NCBI GenBank assembly: GCA_040437565.1
Contig: JBDOQK010000048.1
Span: 62,001-126,000 of the forward strand
DNA length: 64,000 nt
Direction of reading: 5' to 3'
Origin: Albugo candida
Taxonomy: Eukaryota
A program made the translations under genes and the position numbers. Below the pieces are notes generated by a model. It was not told the DNA's origin and ran no database searches. It was given only the letters and a program-made list of their open reading frames with translations. Position 1 is the first letter of the stretch. The number at the start of each line of letters is the position of its first letter. Below are positions 37,277 through 50,011 of the stretch, piece by piece.

Positions 37277-39424
37277 ATGGCGGAAATGGTGCAGCATGCA
37301 ATGGAACAAATGATTCCAGAGCTGGATGACTTTGCAGAAAAGCGGTTGTTCAAAGATGTACGTGCTAAACGCCGTTCTCAATTCGATTGCTCATTGCTAT
37401 TTTAGGAGGAAATCCATCAGATTCTGGAAAAGCGCCGTACATTCGAATACACGATGAAGCGTATTCCTATCCGAACAATCGATGGATTACGATACATTGA
37501 ATTTGAGTTGAATTTGAACGCATTACAGAAAAGAAGAAAAAAGCGGCTCGGTATGTGCTCGTTCCCACGCTGCCATGGCTATTGTTTGACGTTGTGCTGG
37601 TTATAAACAGGTCTAACGAAAAAAGGAGCCAGCGATTATTCAGGGTTGAGACGAATTGAGTCTATATTTGATCGTCTCTTATTCAAAGATCGAGGAAATG
37701 TTGACTTGTGGTTGCAGTACATTGACTTCCTGAAAGCTGAAAAAATTCACAAGAAGTTATCTCAAGTTCATGCATCTGCTTTACAATATCACCCTCATGT
37801 AGAAGAACTATGGATTGAAGCATCTTCACATGAATTTCAAATACACACAAATATGGATGCTGCACGAGCACTAATGCAACGTGCCATTCGATTGAATCGG
37901 GATTCACAAAAGCTGTGGCATGAATACTTTCGTTTGGAGCTTTTATTCATAAAAAGGCTGCTGTAAGATGCTTTCATTGCTTCTTGTAAGCTCCTGCTAA
38001 TTAATTTCAGTTCCCGACGTAAGGTGTTAAAATTGGATATCCATGAGGAACAAAGGGCAAAACAACATCAATCAGGAACATCGGACCTCGTGCTATTTGA
38101 TGGCATATATAATCAAGTTGTTGCCGATGCATCTACTTCCAAGACAACTTCAGACACACAGCGAATGCAGGAGGAAATATTGAACGGAGCAATTTTGCAA
38201 GTCGTCTTTCACAATGCAATTGAGCAAGTACCTAGTGATGTGAATTTTCGACTGGAATTTATTCGACTTGTGAACGACTCGAGTCTTGGTTCTTTGGAAA
38301 AGCTGAAAGAGAACATCTTAAGCTCATGCTTACGAGATTTTCCAGAAAACGAGGATTTGCATTGCTACAAAGCTGTGCGTCCGCTTGAGTCACTCAATTC
38401 TGATTCCAATCAAGACTGCGAGATTGCCGAGCAAAGGACCATGACGAGTTTTAAAAAAAGCGTTCAGGAATTAGGAACTTTGTCGATGAGAAATAAATTC
38501 ATCGATTGGATTGTTGTGTGGGCAAACTCTGTCAAACGAAGTAACAAATTTGTACAACACGCGGAAGAAGCTCTGCGCTGGTTGGCTTTCGACAATTTCG
38601 AAGAAGGTGGTGCAAAGATTGCTTGCACATGCGTTCATTTCGTCAAGCGACAGAAGGGTTACCAAAGCGCTCTAAATTTAGTCGTAAAACTTATTGCGAA
38701 ATGGAAAGAAGTGGGTTCAGATAAATCAGTATCTTGGGCAGACTTATGGTTACTATATGTTAATTTATTTCTTCACATTAAATCAGCGGGTACGATGGCA
38801 AAGACTGAAGGAAATAACAACATAAAGTGCCAGCGCGACAGCTATGATTCGGCCATGCTATCAGCGAAGAAAATCATATTGAGTGGACTCCAGTCGGTCT
38901 CTACAGCGCGAGACAAGTACCTCTTGGATCAGTATTTGCTGCAATTATTGCTTGGCACATCGACCGTAGATTCAACAGAGCTACATCAGGTTTATCATGA
39001 AGCTTTGGCTAGACAGGAAGAAGATTCAGATATTTGGCACTCCTTAAGAGACCAGTATCTCAAATGGATTTTTGCAACGAAGAGTTTCGAGGAGTTGGAG
39101 GCAGCTGCGAAGACGTTCATGACTTCAAATCGTCTGCTTCCGACCGAGAATACTTACAAGTTTCTGTTGCAATTGATTCACATGAAGATGACATATTCTT
39201 GTAATCAGAAAACTAGCACATCGATCTGCAAGATATTTGAAAGACTTGTCGACTTATTTGGTCAGCAAAATCAACAAGTCTGGGCAAAATACATACAGTT
39301 TCATGTTCAGCGAGGCGAGATTGTTGAGGCAAATAAAGTATTTCATCGAGCTACACGCGCAATTCCTACAGTTGCTTGGACTGAAGGATACGGGATCGCT
39401 AATTCACAGGGCCGCGATGGCTAA
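37277..39424 (+). CDS. UTP6: U3 snoRNA-associated protein 6 (HAT repeats), 4 exons, about 663 aa
   Basis: MAEMVQHAMEQMIPELDD...EEIHQILEKRRTFEY...RYIEFELNL...LWLQYIDF...LWIEASSHEF...AARALMQRAIRLN...LWHEYFRLEL. Introns 37358-37405, 37551-37610 and 37963-38010. Confidence 0.93.
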
Positions 39425-39604
39425 ACGAGTTACCAGTACAGCGCTCTTCAACATTGCACCTGATAGTCGGATCATTTAGCGGCTTTATCGATCAAATATT
39501 GGAATTTAGCGATGCTTTTATTGAAGCATGCGATATCTGGAAGTAACTACTCTACTTTCTCCTACGTCGTACCAATTTACATCTCGGGTACATTGAGGCC
39601 TACT

Positions 39605-41272
39605 TTACGCAGCCCTCACTAGGAATATTCTGACAAATCCTTGCTGACACTTTTCCAATGCCGCTGATAGTTTCTGTTCCTCATTTGCATTCCATGACAG
39701 CGAACACTTTGGGTTGTTGCGAGTCGTACGCAACTTATGTAGTTCTCGGAGCTCGTCTCTATTCGGATAGAATACTATCAAGAATAACGAATCTTCTGTC
39801 GGCAGCGACTGAAGAATTCTCGTTTTTGCATGATCAATTTCTTCCTGAGTGGACTTCCTAAGTCGAGCCCAAGTAAAATGAGGTGGAAAGCCAGTAGTGA
39901 GCTGGTTAACAACCGCGCTGATGATTTGATCATTTGTATCGCACGCGATTGCACTGGCCGTATCACACGCTATTGAGCGACAAGCGCTTCTAGAATCCAC
40001 AATGAGCACTGACTTTTTTGCTTTGCACAATTCTCGGATCAAACTCTTCTTGGCTTGATGCGATGCTGGTGACGGAAAGTTTGGACCGTGAAGCACTTTT
40101 CGTTTTACGAGCTGTAAAGTAGCTACGGCATCCTCGATACTGCAATGCCCCTGATCGTCATTCTGAATTACTCGCTGCAAGAATTTTGCTGCTAGGAATC
40201 TCAGAGCCGACCGGAAAGGTGGGCCCTTGGGGTGTGGAAATAATAACACTGTGTCAATGATACGCCGGTGGATGATTCTGAGCGCGCACAGGTCGTTTTC
40301 TATCGAATGGCCGATTAATATCGCTTCTGCTGGCACAATATCCAAAAAACGGTCTTGTATGTCCTTCAAACGTGTGCTGCAATTGTGCATAAGTTCGGGA
40401 GTTATGCCTGAATACTGAGTGCAGTAGTCAACAATCGGATTCTCAGGACAGACAAATTCGTCTAGCAAAATCTTCAAGTCCTATTAGTACTCACTATCGC
40501 GATTCAAGCATTACGTACCGTTTCAAACGAATCGATAAGTGTCAAGCGGCATAATTCAGTTCCCTTGGTGGTTTGACACATCTCACAGTCAAGTGCGAAT
40601 ACAAGATCCTTGACGTCCCTAATATCATCGGGTCTCTTGAGCGTTGTTTCTCTATACATGGCTGCATTGTCTTTGAATATCCCCTCAAGATTATGCTTCA
40701 GTTCCGCATCATCCATCACGTAAAACTCCAATGGTGGCTTGCTAGATGCATCCTTGACTGAGGTGCAACAGTTAGCATTTTGTTGCTCTGATGTACGAGC
40801 TCTACCTTTATGAGCTTTCTTGAACCTTTTGATGCGGTGCTTCACTGCTTTCCGAGCCGCACGCTGTAGCGTGTTTAATTCTTCTTTTGATGCTTTCATG
40901 TCAAGAAATGTAGTATCACTTCTGGGAATACCGTCGCCAGTAGACAATTGCACGGGAAGGCAAAACTCAACTACGTTTTGAGAATTGTCAGATGTATCTT
41001 GTACACTCAGCGCTTCCCAAGCACGTCGAGCGATATCTAAAGGGATTTGTTCCAAGTCTACATCTTCGCAAACCAGCAAAACAGTGCTTCTGATCGACTT
41101 CGTGTGCAGCATGCAAGTAGAAATGGAAGCCCACACGTCCTGTTCACATTAGTATTCGAGTCATTTCATTGCGGGCACATTGAAATTAATACCGCACCGT
41201 CAATGAAAGCTTAAGATCATTCTGGCGATGGCTTTCAAGCAAGCCCATTACAATGCTCTCAATCGCGGCCAT
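39605..41272 (-). CDS. REX1-like DEDDh 3'-5' RNA exonuclease, 3 exons, about 520 aa
   Basis: ExoI FALDCEMC, DYCTQYSGIT, ExoII LIGHSIENDL, IIDT, ExoIII GHCSIEDA. Introns 41140-41197 and about 40481-40518 (alternative in-frame acceptor at 40472). Confidence 0.9.
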
Positions 41273-41606
41273 AGATTCACAGCCAATCGCATCTTATTGG
41301 TGCGATGTTTAGCCATCATAAAAGAAAGGGGATTACTAAGACGGTTTGTTCAACCCGTGCTAACAAATATGGCATTCGGCCGCGATCACGAGCGCCTTCC
41401 AATATACCAGTTTTGAGCCCATTTTCGTGTCGTTCGTATGGACCAGGACCTAGACCTTAATCTCCTGCATTCCTTCGTGGTCTTGAAAATCACATTTCGT
41501 TTCAAACATTCACTGCTTAACCATCTCAATGAATATGCATCGGGCTCCCAGCTGACATAAAAGGGAGAAAAGGTCCACTGGGAATTATGGTAAAATATCA
41601 GGGGGA

Positions 41607-42352
41607 AAATCATCTCATAGTACTTGGTACAGAGCGGTCTATTCGTATTCAAGTGTAGATCCGCTCGTTAAGCTTCAACTTGAGGCTAACAACCAGAACT
41701 GTTGTGGTGATATATCTGGATGCAGGATCATACAAGTATATCTAGCAAGTCGTGTAAGATGGGCATGGTATGAGCGAATCTTCCTGTTGACTACCAATTT
41801 ACAGGATGAATGATGTAGGGCGAAGATACAAGATATACCCCAGTCGTTACATGTTTCATTATGGGTGAATTTGCGAAGTCAAGCTGCTTTCTCTAGCCTT
41901 TTGTGCCACCTCTGTGCGACGTACAGAAGNNNNNNNNNNNNNNNNNNNNNNNNNNNNNNNNNNNNNNNNNNNNNNNNNNNNNNNNNNNNNNNNNNNNNNN
42001 NNNNNNNNNNNNNNNNNNNNNNNNNNNNNAAATCATCTCATAGTACTTGGTACAGAGCGGTCTATTCGTATTCAAGTGTAGATCCGCTCGTTAAGCTTCA
42101 ACTTGAGGCTAACAACCAGAACTGTTGTGGTGATATATCTGGATGCAGGATCATACAAGTATATCTAGCAAGTCGTGTAAGATGGGCATGGTATGAGCGA
42201 ATCTTCCTGTTGACTACCAATTTACAGGATGAATGATGTAGGGCGAAGATACAAGATATACCCCAGTCGTTACATGTTTCATTATGGGTGAATTTGCGAA
42301 GTCAAGCTGCTTTCTCTAGCCTTTTGTGCCACCTCTGTGCGACGTACAGAAG
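41607..42352. repeat. Assembly artefact: 41607-41929 duplicated as 42030-42352 across gap
   Basis: Identical flanks around the N run 41930-42029; offset 423. Confidence 0.9.
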
Positions 42353-43214
42353 AATCCACGAAAACAGGATAATACGGTGTCAGTGCAACAGCAGTGAGCA
42401 TTACGTGCTCTATCACCAAATGAACATGTTTGGTTGAAGTGGCAACGCAGCGAAGGAAATGCTGGACAGATGATTATGGCTCGCCTATGGCGTGTCCAAT
42501 TGATGGAAGACTTACTCGCTTGCAATAGTTCATTGAGACCCTTATAGTTACATCCATCTTGCTACCGCTATTGAAGACTACGATAACTATCACAAGCCGA
42601 TTTCCGAATCACAAGAATAATTCTTTTCTGCCAAGTTTGACACGCTGGTGGCTAGATCACTTTCCACAATTATTTGAGTTATATTCCTCTATACAATCAT
42701 ATCGTCATTCAAGCTGAACACATTCTGAAGTTCCAATTTGATGATGTGGGTTTATCAATAATTCTAGCCTCGGTTGATCGGAGTTTTTCTTCCTAAGAAG
42801 GCTGACTTATGTAGCAATGCACTAAGTGAATATCCGATTCAGATATCGTATGAGGTAGAAATATGTCAGCAACCAGCATATTCCCTCGTAAGAGATTTAA
42901 GAAGCGTTGTCCAATACAGGCTACTCCCACATCTGACGAGCGTTCTGCCTCAAACCTTGACATTGTACTCGATGAACGAATATCAGTAGTACGACCACGC
43001 ACATTTTATGTCGCATCTTCGAGCATATAAGGATTACGTTTTGAGATCATCAAAATTGTGGGTGGTATTGGTACGCAATTGTCATCGATTCGTACAGACG
43101 GGAAATAAATGTCGCGTTGTACGACAAACAGACAATCTTGATATTTGATGGAATTAGTTTGCGCTATTTGGAAGTGAATGCATAATTAAACTATTCCTAT
43201 CTAAAGTTATTGCA

Positions 43215-43844
43215 ATGGACATTTCGTCGGATATTATGCTTCAGCGCAACAGCAGCCATGCTATTTTGCATCGTTGAGGGTGAAGGAACGCAACCACCGG
43301 CAAAGGAATCGGAAGAAATGGGCTCCGAAGCCGGCAGCAACGCTGAATTCAGTGCAATTGCACTCTATGGGGCACCAACCATGTTTCCCCGTCCATGGCC
43401 AATTCTTTTGGATCATATCCATACGGTAATGGGTACGGTCCCAACAATCAGTATCCTGTATCACCTACTACAGCAACTCCATCTATCTATGGGCAATACA
43501 ATCCATTCAGTCAGCCACCAGTACCACTAAATGGGTATGTGCCATCACCGTTCGGCGGTGCCTTCAACCCTTACTCCGGCTATCCTAATCAAGGACTCGG
43601 ATTTGAATTCGATTTTGGATACACACCTTTCAGCGTTCAAGGAGATGCTACATATTGCGTTCAAGGCCCTGTATGCTCCAGCTCAGGCATCATGCCAGCT
43701 GGATACAAATGCCCGGTTGCATGGAGCCGAGCGGTGGACGATTGTAGTTCAGACAAGCCAAGCCATCTTGGAGGATACGAGTGCGTTCTCCCGGCACATT
43801 CGCGGTGCGCTCAGACTGGGTATGCTTGGGGCTGCACGCTGTGA
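43215..43844 (+). pseudogene. Disrupted paralogue of the secreted G/P/Y-rich Cys-domain gene (3' 149 codons intact)
   Basis: ATG GAC ATT-T-CGT CGG carries a +1 insertion relative to the 29350 copy, and there is a -1 shift just before 43395. ORF 43395..43844 is intact: MANSFGSYPYG...SVQGDATYCVQGPVCSSSGIMPAGYKCP...DCSSDKPSHLGGYECVLPAHSRCAQTGYAWGCTL. Confidence 0.75.
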
Positions 43845-46744
43845 TTATGAAGCTGATACAACCAGTCCTTTGGAGGATGGCTATGAGATGTTTTTGCAAC
43901 GCTGGCTTGTCAATATCCTCGACACATTTATACAGATTTCAATATTTAGCCTTAGCTCTTCTTCTGCTCAATCTTGTTTATGTATGCAGGATGCACCTCA
44001 CACGCGCTTCCGCTGTATTCGGCTGTGAGTGTCAGCAAGTAGCCTTTGCTCATTCTTTCAATCGCTTATTTGTCTGTATTTAATATTTGTGAAGGACTTG
44101 CTTTTGTTGATAATACAATAGGTTACTCAAAACATCATCTCGTCTTGCTTCTGCGATGGAGGATTGTGATAAATTTCACAATCCTCGAAAGCCCTTCTTT
44201 ATTACACTACAGTGATCAATTTCGACTTTTCGTGATTAGCCGATAACTCTGACCACTTCAAATTGTACTATCGTCTGAGTCTTTACCTTCTAAAATACAT
44301 TTCTGTATGTACTATTCCGAGTTCCTTCATTATAAGGTCTGTCAACTGATGTGACTTCATCGATAATGTATATTGGATGTAGTGGCAGCAATACTTGCTG
44401 AGAAAGCTGACACACACGGAATCATATATACAAAGCTTCAGCTCAGTGCTCAATTCAAATATTGTGCGATGTGGATATGCGTAGAGTCCGACCTATACCT
44501 CGCTGAGAGAGTAAAGAGACGCTATCGAATCCCAGTTGCCCCGTGATGAATAACCACAATTACGTGATTACATTGATTTTGAATTGTGTCGTGACGAACA
44601 ATTACAAGTCTGGTCATTTATGCTGGTATTAGACACTAGATCCGATTTAGCGGCGTAACTATCGATCCGTTTGGTCCTTGTCTTGCTTCGTACGAGCCCA
44701 AAAAACCCATCCAAATCCAATCCAAGTTTCCAGTACCAGACACAACATATTACAATTGTACTTTTTGTCTCACAATATCGAGCAGATGTAGATCAACGTG
44801 TCTATATCTTCAAAAGGTGGGTGGTATTTGTACATAAGATCATCTATCAGCAATGATAGGAGGGAATGTCGCGTTTGGATGCAAACAAGCTTGCAATGCT
44901 TTTCAAATTTGCGGTGTGTTGTCTGTGCGTGTTCCACGTGTACTTTAGAACGATCATTTATCAGCGTTCCTCTCGTTCGCAGGTTGTCTTATGGAAGGTT
45001 TGTGGTCTAGTCCGCGGAATATGGACTACCTATGGTGGACGATTTGAGGAGTTGACGACTAGTGCCGTCTGTGTTGAAACGGATCGCATCTAATGCGATT
45101 AATGGTTGAAGGCTCAACTCTCCTGTTCGTGTGGGGAGTAGAGGTGAGCCTTGACACGATTTGTCCAGATACTGGTACTCTATGGTAGGTGTGATTTCTA
45201 AGAAAGATTTTCCGGTCGCTTCTGTGGGAATAGGATGCAGGTCTTCTACCGTGGATGATGGTTGTCGACCTTGCTGCACTTATCGCCCAGACAAGACTTT
45301 AAGGAAGACAAAATTTGAGAACATGTTAACAGAATGTGGTGGGTTCTCGACGCATCATACCCACATGGTCTGCTGATAACCCAATTAAAAAATTGTTTTC
45401 GAACGCTCACGTTATACAGCGAGGGAAGCATTTGTTAGCTGTTGATGAAGAAACATCCAGAAGCGATATAGTAGCCCCGATGGCGCATGCCAAGCCTTGT
45501 CGTGGAGCACGCATGTGTTCAAGGAAGAAAACGAAGCAGGTCGCTCGTTTTAAACAGGAATAATGGATCATTTCTAGTTGCAGGGTTATCATTCCGAACT
45601 TTTTTAAACAGGGTTTTGCTCTGACCAGATCTACCAAAATCTCGTTTGAACATTTGTGTACGCTGCCATGTACCAATGGTATCGTTGCGAATCTGACGCA
45701 TTGCATTGTACGTGTATTGCCAGAAACGTTACTTCTATTGTCCGTACAATCTGAGTATGAGTATGATTGCAAGCTTTGTCAAATCACTATCATTTATATA
45801 ACCCGCAAATAAGATTGGTCAAGGTCTTCTTCAACACGCATTTGTGTCGTATAAAAGAGTTTAGCCTGCAGATAGTCATCTTGAAACATGCTTGATATTC
45901 TTCGACCAAACCTTATCGCACAAGTTGGCAGCGAGTCCCTCGCTCTTTCACAAATTAATCTTTTATTCTCATGCTGCGCTTGTATTCCGGTCATAGATGC
46001 ATTAACTTGCGTGCATGCATCTTTTGCATCCTTACTGTGTCGAATTCTCCCATCTGCAGGTCTGCGATACAATACGGAATGGACTCGACCGACGATTGTG
46101 TGCCGAGCGCTACATCGCCCTCGTGATCAAGCTACTTTATCCAGGAGCAACAGGTACTGGCTGGGATGCTTCATTTTCATGCATGATTGTCTACGTCTGA
46201 AAGCTACTTCTCGTAAGCGTTTCACTTTGATCCTCATTCAATTCTCAGTCTATAAAGTACTGATCAGATCTGTCAAGCAGAAGCTAGTTGGAGTAAAACC
46301 TACATTATGCCATCGAGACTCCTTGTTACCACTCAATTTCGTGTTGAATAGGCCGGTACAAATAACAGATAACTCTACTCGTAAGGACTTGACAATTTCA
46401 GATACTTTCTGAATCACCGAATTGATCGCCCATCGTGTAAACGAATAAAATAAATACTTTAGTGAATACGGATACTGATTCATACTGCGGAATGAAAATG
46501 CGTTAGCTCTTGTTACCTACTTTCTACTGGATGATCGCAGTTTTGTCTTCCCAGTCCTATCAGGGAGTTCAAGTGGTTCAATTCTTCTCTATATTACCAA
46601 TTCACGCAGTTACAGTAATCGATAGCTTGTTATAAGCCTGACACATAATTAAACGAGCTCGGTACCGCTGCTGCTGTATTACATGATTAATCATCTCGCG
46701 AATGGCTCGTAGCCAATAAATTGAGCATTTCAAGGTCCAAATAC

Positions 46745-46865
46745 TGATCTAGCCCATGAGGTCGAGAAGGCATTCTGTGTGTCTGTTGAGCAACACGATA
46801 CCGATCAGCGCTCCGTGGGCTTCCTTAAAGTGCGTATACCTAAGGATTGTGATACCGTACGTAAC
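46745..46865. repeat. About 120-bp direct repeat, copy 1 (copy 2 at 49865-49985)
   Basis: TGATCTAGCCCATGAGGTCGAGAAGG...ACCGTACGTAAC recurs 3,120 bp downstream with several substitutions; no gap nearby. Confidence 0.9.
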
Positions 46866-47010
46866 ACATGGGAATCTATTTTGGAATTAGGAAGCCATCA
46901 GAAGTCGATGAAGACTGGTCTCTTAGCATGGGGGATGAAGGAAAATGACCTGGTGCGGCTCGTCTATCCGAGAGTAACAGGCTCATTCTGAAAGTAAAAC
47001 AAAAGAAACA

Positions 47011-47487
47011 ATGTTTGAAGATCTAGCAAAACTAGCACAAGCAACTATTTATGCTGTCGAGCGTCTGCTCCACTCGGTCACAAAGACCATCAAATCATGG
47101 TTCGGATCGACGCATGTGAACGTGGACGGGTCCGCTAGAAAGATTGTTTTCGTTGAACCGATGTCATCCAAGAAACCTATTTACTCGACGAAGATCACGA
47201 CCCTCGCCGATCAAGGTTTGGCCGAACAAGGTTTCGAGCAACTGAGAGCGCATCTTGTCGCACAACTGGATGTGGCGATTGACGAAGGTATGAAACAAGT
47301 CGAAGCGTTTCGCGAAATTGAAGAAGGCCTCGCGATGGAAGAGGAAGACGCCGAAATGAGCTCGGTGGTGGAGTATGAGAATGAAGATGATGTGGCTGAT
47401 AGCTTGGAGTCTGAAGATCTCCTGCAAGAGATAGAGACGCTACTCTTTGAAACTCGAGCTATGCTATGTACATACGCTGCTGATTAG
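47011..47487 (+). CDS. Hypothetical 158-aa protein with acidic helical C-terminal half
   Basis: ATG preceded by A-rich context (AAAAGAAACAATG), single exon, protein-like composition, AT-rich 3' flank. No family recognised. Confidence 0.65.
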   Translation: MFEDLAKLAQATIYAVERLLHSVTKTIKSWFGSTHVNVDGSARKIVFVEPMSSKKPIYSTKITTLADQGLAEQGFEQLRAHLVAQLDVAIDEGMKQVEAFREIEEGLAMEEEDAEMSSVVEYENEDDVADSLESEDLLQEIETLLFETRAMLCTYAAD

Positions 47488-48047
47488 CGATTGATCAATA
47501 ATGTAATATAATGAAATTAGTCGATTTTTATTTAACTACACTTCATTTTTCTCTATATTAAAGCTGGTCAGTATCATGCATCAGTAGAGAATCAAAGCAT
47601 CATAGTAGAACAAGCAGAAGGATGATCAGACCCGCTGATACGTGCACATGTATCCCTTTGACCCTTCTTCTTGCTTTTGATCCTAACGTGGTGTTTTGTG
47701 CCATCAAATAGGTTTCACGGAGACGTAGATATTGATGTTCGTATTTCATAGATCTAAGGACCGGTTTCGCTACATATTGCATCAGCGAAAGACCTCGGAC
47801 CGCAAGTGCTCAGAAAAAGTATAAATAGAATAGGCGAGATGATCCTCATCGCTATACCAGCGTATATCATGTGTACATTGTCAAGATAGTTACGCATCCT
47901 ATATGACGCCTCTCATTTACATCAGGAGTTACTTGATTAAGAGTACTCTCAATGGCACACATGATTGAGGCTAGGAAAAAGTAAGCTGAATCCATATCGT
48001 TGGTACTTATTGAAAAGTGCAGTTCAGTTGTGGCATTTGTGGCAGCT

Positions 48048-48126
48048 GCGTTGGCGTTGGAGTTGGAGTTGAGCATGGACATGGACATACACATGGACTT
48101 GGATGCGGAATTAAATTTGGAACTCG
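48048..48126. repeat. Degenerate hexanucleotide tandem repeat
   Basis: GCGTTG GCGTTG GAGTTG GAGTTG AGCATG GACATG GACATA CACATG GACTTG... Confidence 0.6.
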
Positions 48127-49864
48127 TTCAGACTTTATCGAAGACTTGCGAGGTGGTATCAGCAGATGGAAGTACTCCATATACCCGTCTGGGCGGCCAG
48201 CAAACAAGCCAGCTTCAAGTATCCAGCAATGACTCTTTTGCAAGCCAGCTCAAGATATGCAGCATGACTGTGCGACCGTATAATTGCGACAGGGATTCGA
48301 ATATGGGGTAATAACAGCAGGATGATGTAAGAATCTCTCCGAGTCTCACGACACGTATGCATTCGGCGGGAGATTCCTTCTTGCTCGCCATATGAACCAA
48401 GATGGTCACGATTGAAGGACAACGATAGACAGGATGCTGCCTATATGACAGGCTTATCTATAATAGAATATCAATGCATAGTATTCAGTTTATACTTTTT
48501 TACATTTATAAACATCTTGATCGCAACAGGACATTGACACTATTTTGTGCGCATTCAAATCATATTCCCACACCACATTGCTTTGGTCTTTCAATCGCGT
48601 ATACTAGAAGGATTGAAGCCATTCCTTGCAATCCGTGCAAGATGAAGTCTTGTGAGGGACAACACATAAGGTTAGAAATGCTGCATATCATAACGTCCAT
48701 TTAATTGGTAGGGCAATTACAGAAGACATTACTGAAGACGACATAAGTAGAATCTAGCTAGAGCGTAAGGTATCTAGTGTTGTACAGAGGACACGCCAGC
48801 AATGTCTCTACAACTCGGACTCGTATTTCCTTTCTTGATTTGAAACACCAGATTGGATCGATTCCGCACAGAATTCTGTATGATCTTCATGCAGCTGTGC
48901 ATTGTATCTTTGAATATCAGTGCAAGTTTGTATGAGACCACATGAATGGTGTATCTTGAGTCTACGTCAGTGAGTGGTCAATCGGTATTCGGACTGGAGA
49001 ACTTACTTAACAATCAACTTCCTCAAGACCATAACTAGATAGAATGAAAAGTGCTTGTACCACCCAACCATTACAATTTGCTCTTAGCACAATTAGCTGT
49101 GCCACACATCCACTTTCCCCACACCCGAGTGCATACAAGCTTCTCTTGTACAACTATCTTCCATACTACATTTCCGCTACTTCATGTACATAGAATCCAT
49201 CGCATTCGAACTCATTCGAATAACATAATTGGATTGCAATGTTCAAATTCGAAGAATGGGATATGCACCGCACTTTTTGTCAATGATTAACACTTGCACT
49301 TCCTTGTGGATGTTGCTGTCATGATGTCAAAGATAAGGAATATCTACACGTATCTTGGTGTTGAACGATATAATCCCATATGACACGATACATTTTGTCA
49401 CCTTCGGCAAATGAACGTGAGGTCGTTGATTCAACGTTGAGGCACTCGATATTCGTCTTTTTCCGACATGATACCAGAATATAGGACCATCCATAATCAT
49501 GATCGTCGGTGTAATACTTGAGCACAAGAAGGAAGCTTCTTTTATACAGCTCATCCGATAACATTCTTCTGATACCCTTTGTATGTCACCACCTCATTTC
49601 TTGCCCAATGCACCATGCTATTTGAGTAGTTTGGATTGTATAGTTGAATTTGGCGTGAAAGTCCAGACCATAGTCAAATGGCGTAATCCATTATGCTTTT
49701 CATGAATAACTCCTCGCCTAGCGGAAGCAATTATACTCAAACACTTTGTCATACTGAGTAGAGATAATGTCCCCAGCGACAGGTATCTCTCCAAAAAAAG
49801 CTGACATTCCTAATGAATAGTCGATAATTGCACATCTCCTTCTTGAAAGATGCTTTATGTCTCT

Positions 49865-49985
49865 TGATCTAGCCCATGAGGTCGAGAAGGTATTCTGTAT
49901 GTCTGTTGAGCAACACGATACCGATCAGCGCTCCGTTGGCTTCCTTAAAGTGCGGATATCTAAGGATAGTCGTACCGTACGTAAC
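49865..49985. repeat. About 120-bp direct repeat, copy 2
   Basis: Matches 46745-46865; lies just 3' of the LCMT-GNAT stop codon. Confidence 0.9.
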
Positions 49986-50011
49986 GCATTTGGGAAGCCA
50001 TGCATTCATAT

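Noticed and set aside
44866-46483. Cys-containing ORF with hydrophobic N-terminus (possible CHxC/CCG-type effector) and neighbouring short ORFs
   Set aside because: No clear cleavage site or motif, short, and overlapping ORFs on both strands with no coherent gene model.
46745-46775. TAGCCCATGAGGT resembles part of the U4 snRNA 5' stem-loop
   Set aside because: No U6-pairing 5' segment, no proper kink-turn stem or Sm site seen; similarity too short.
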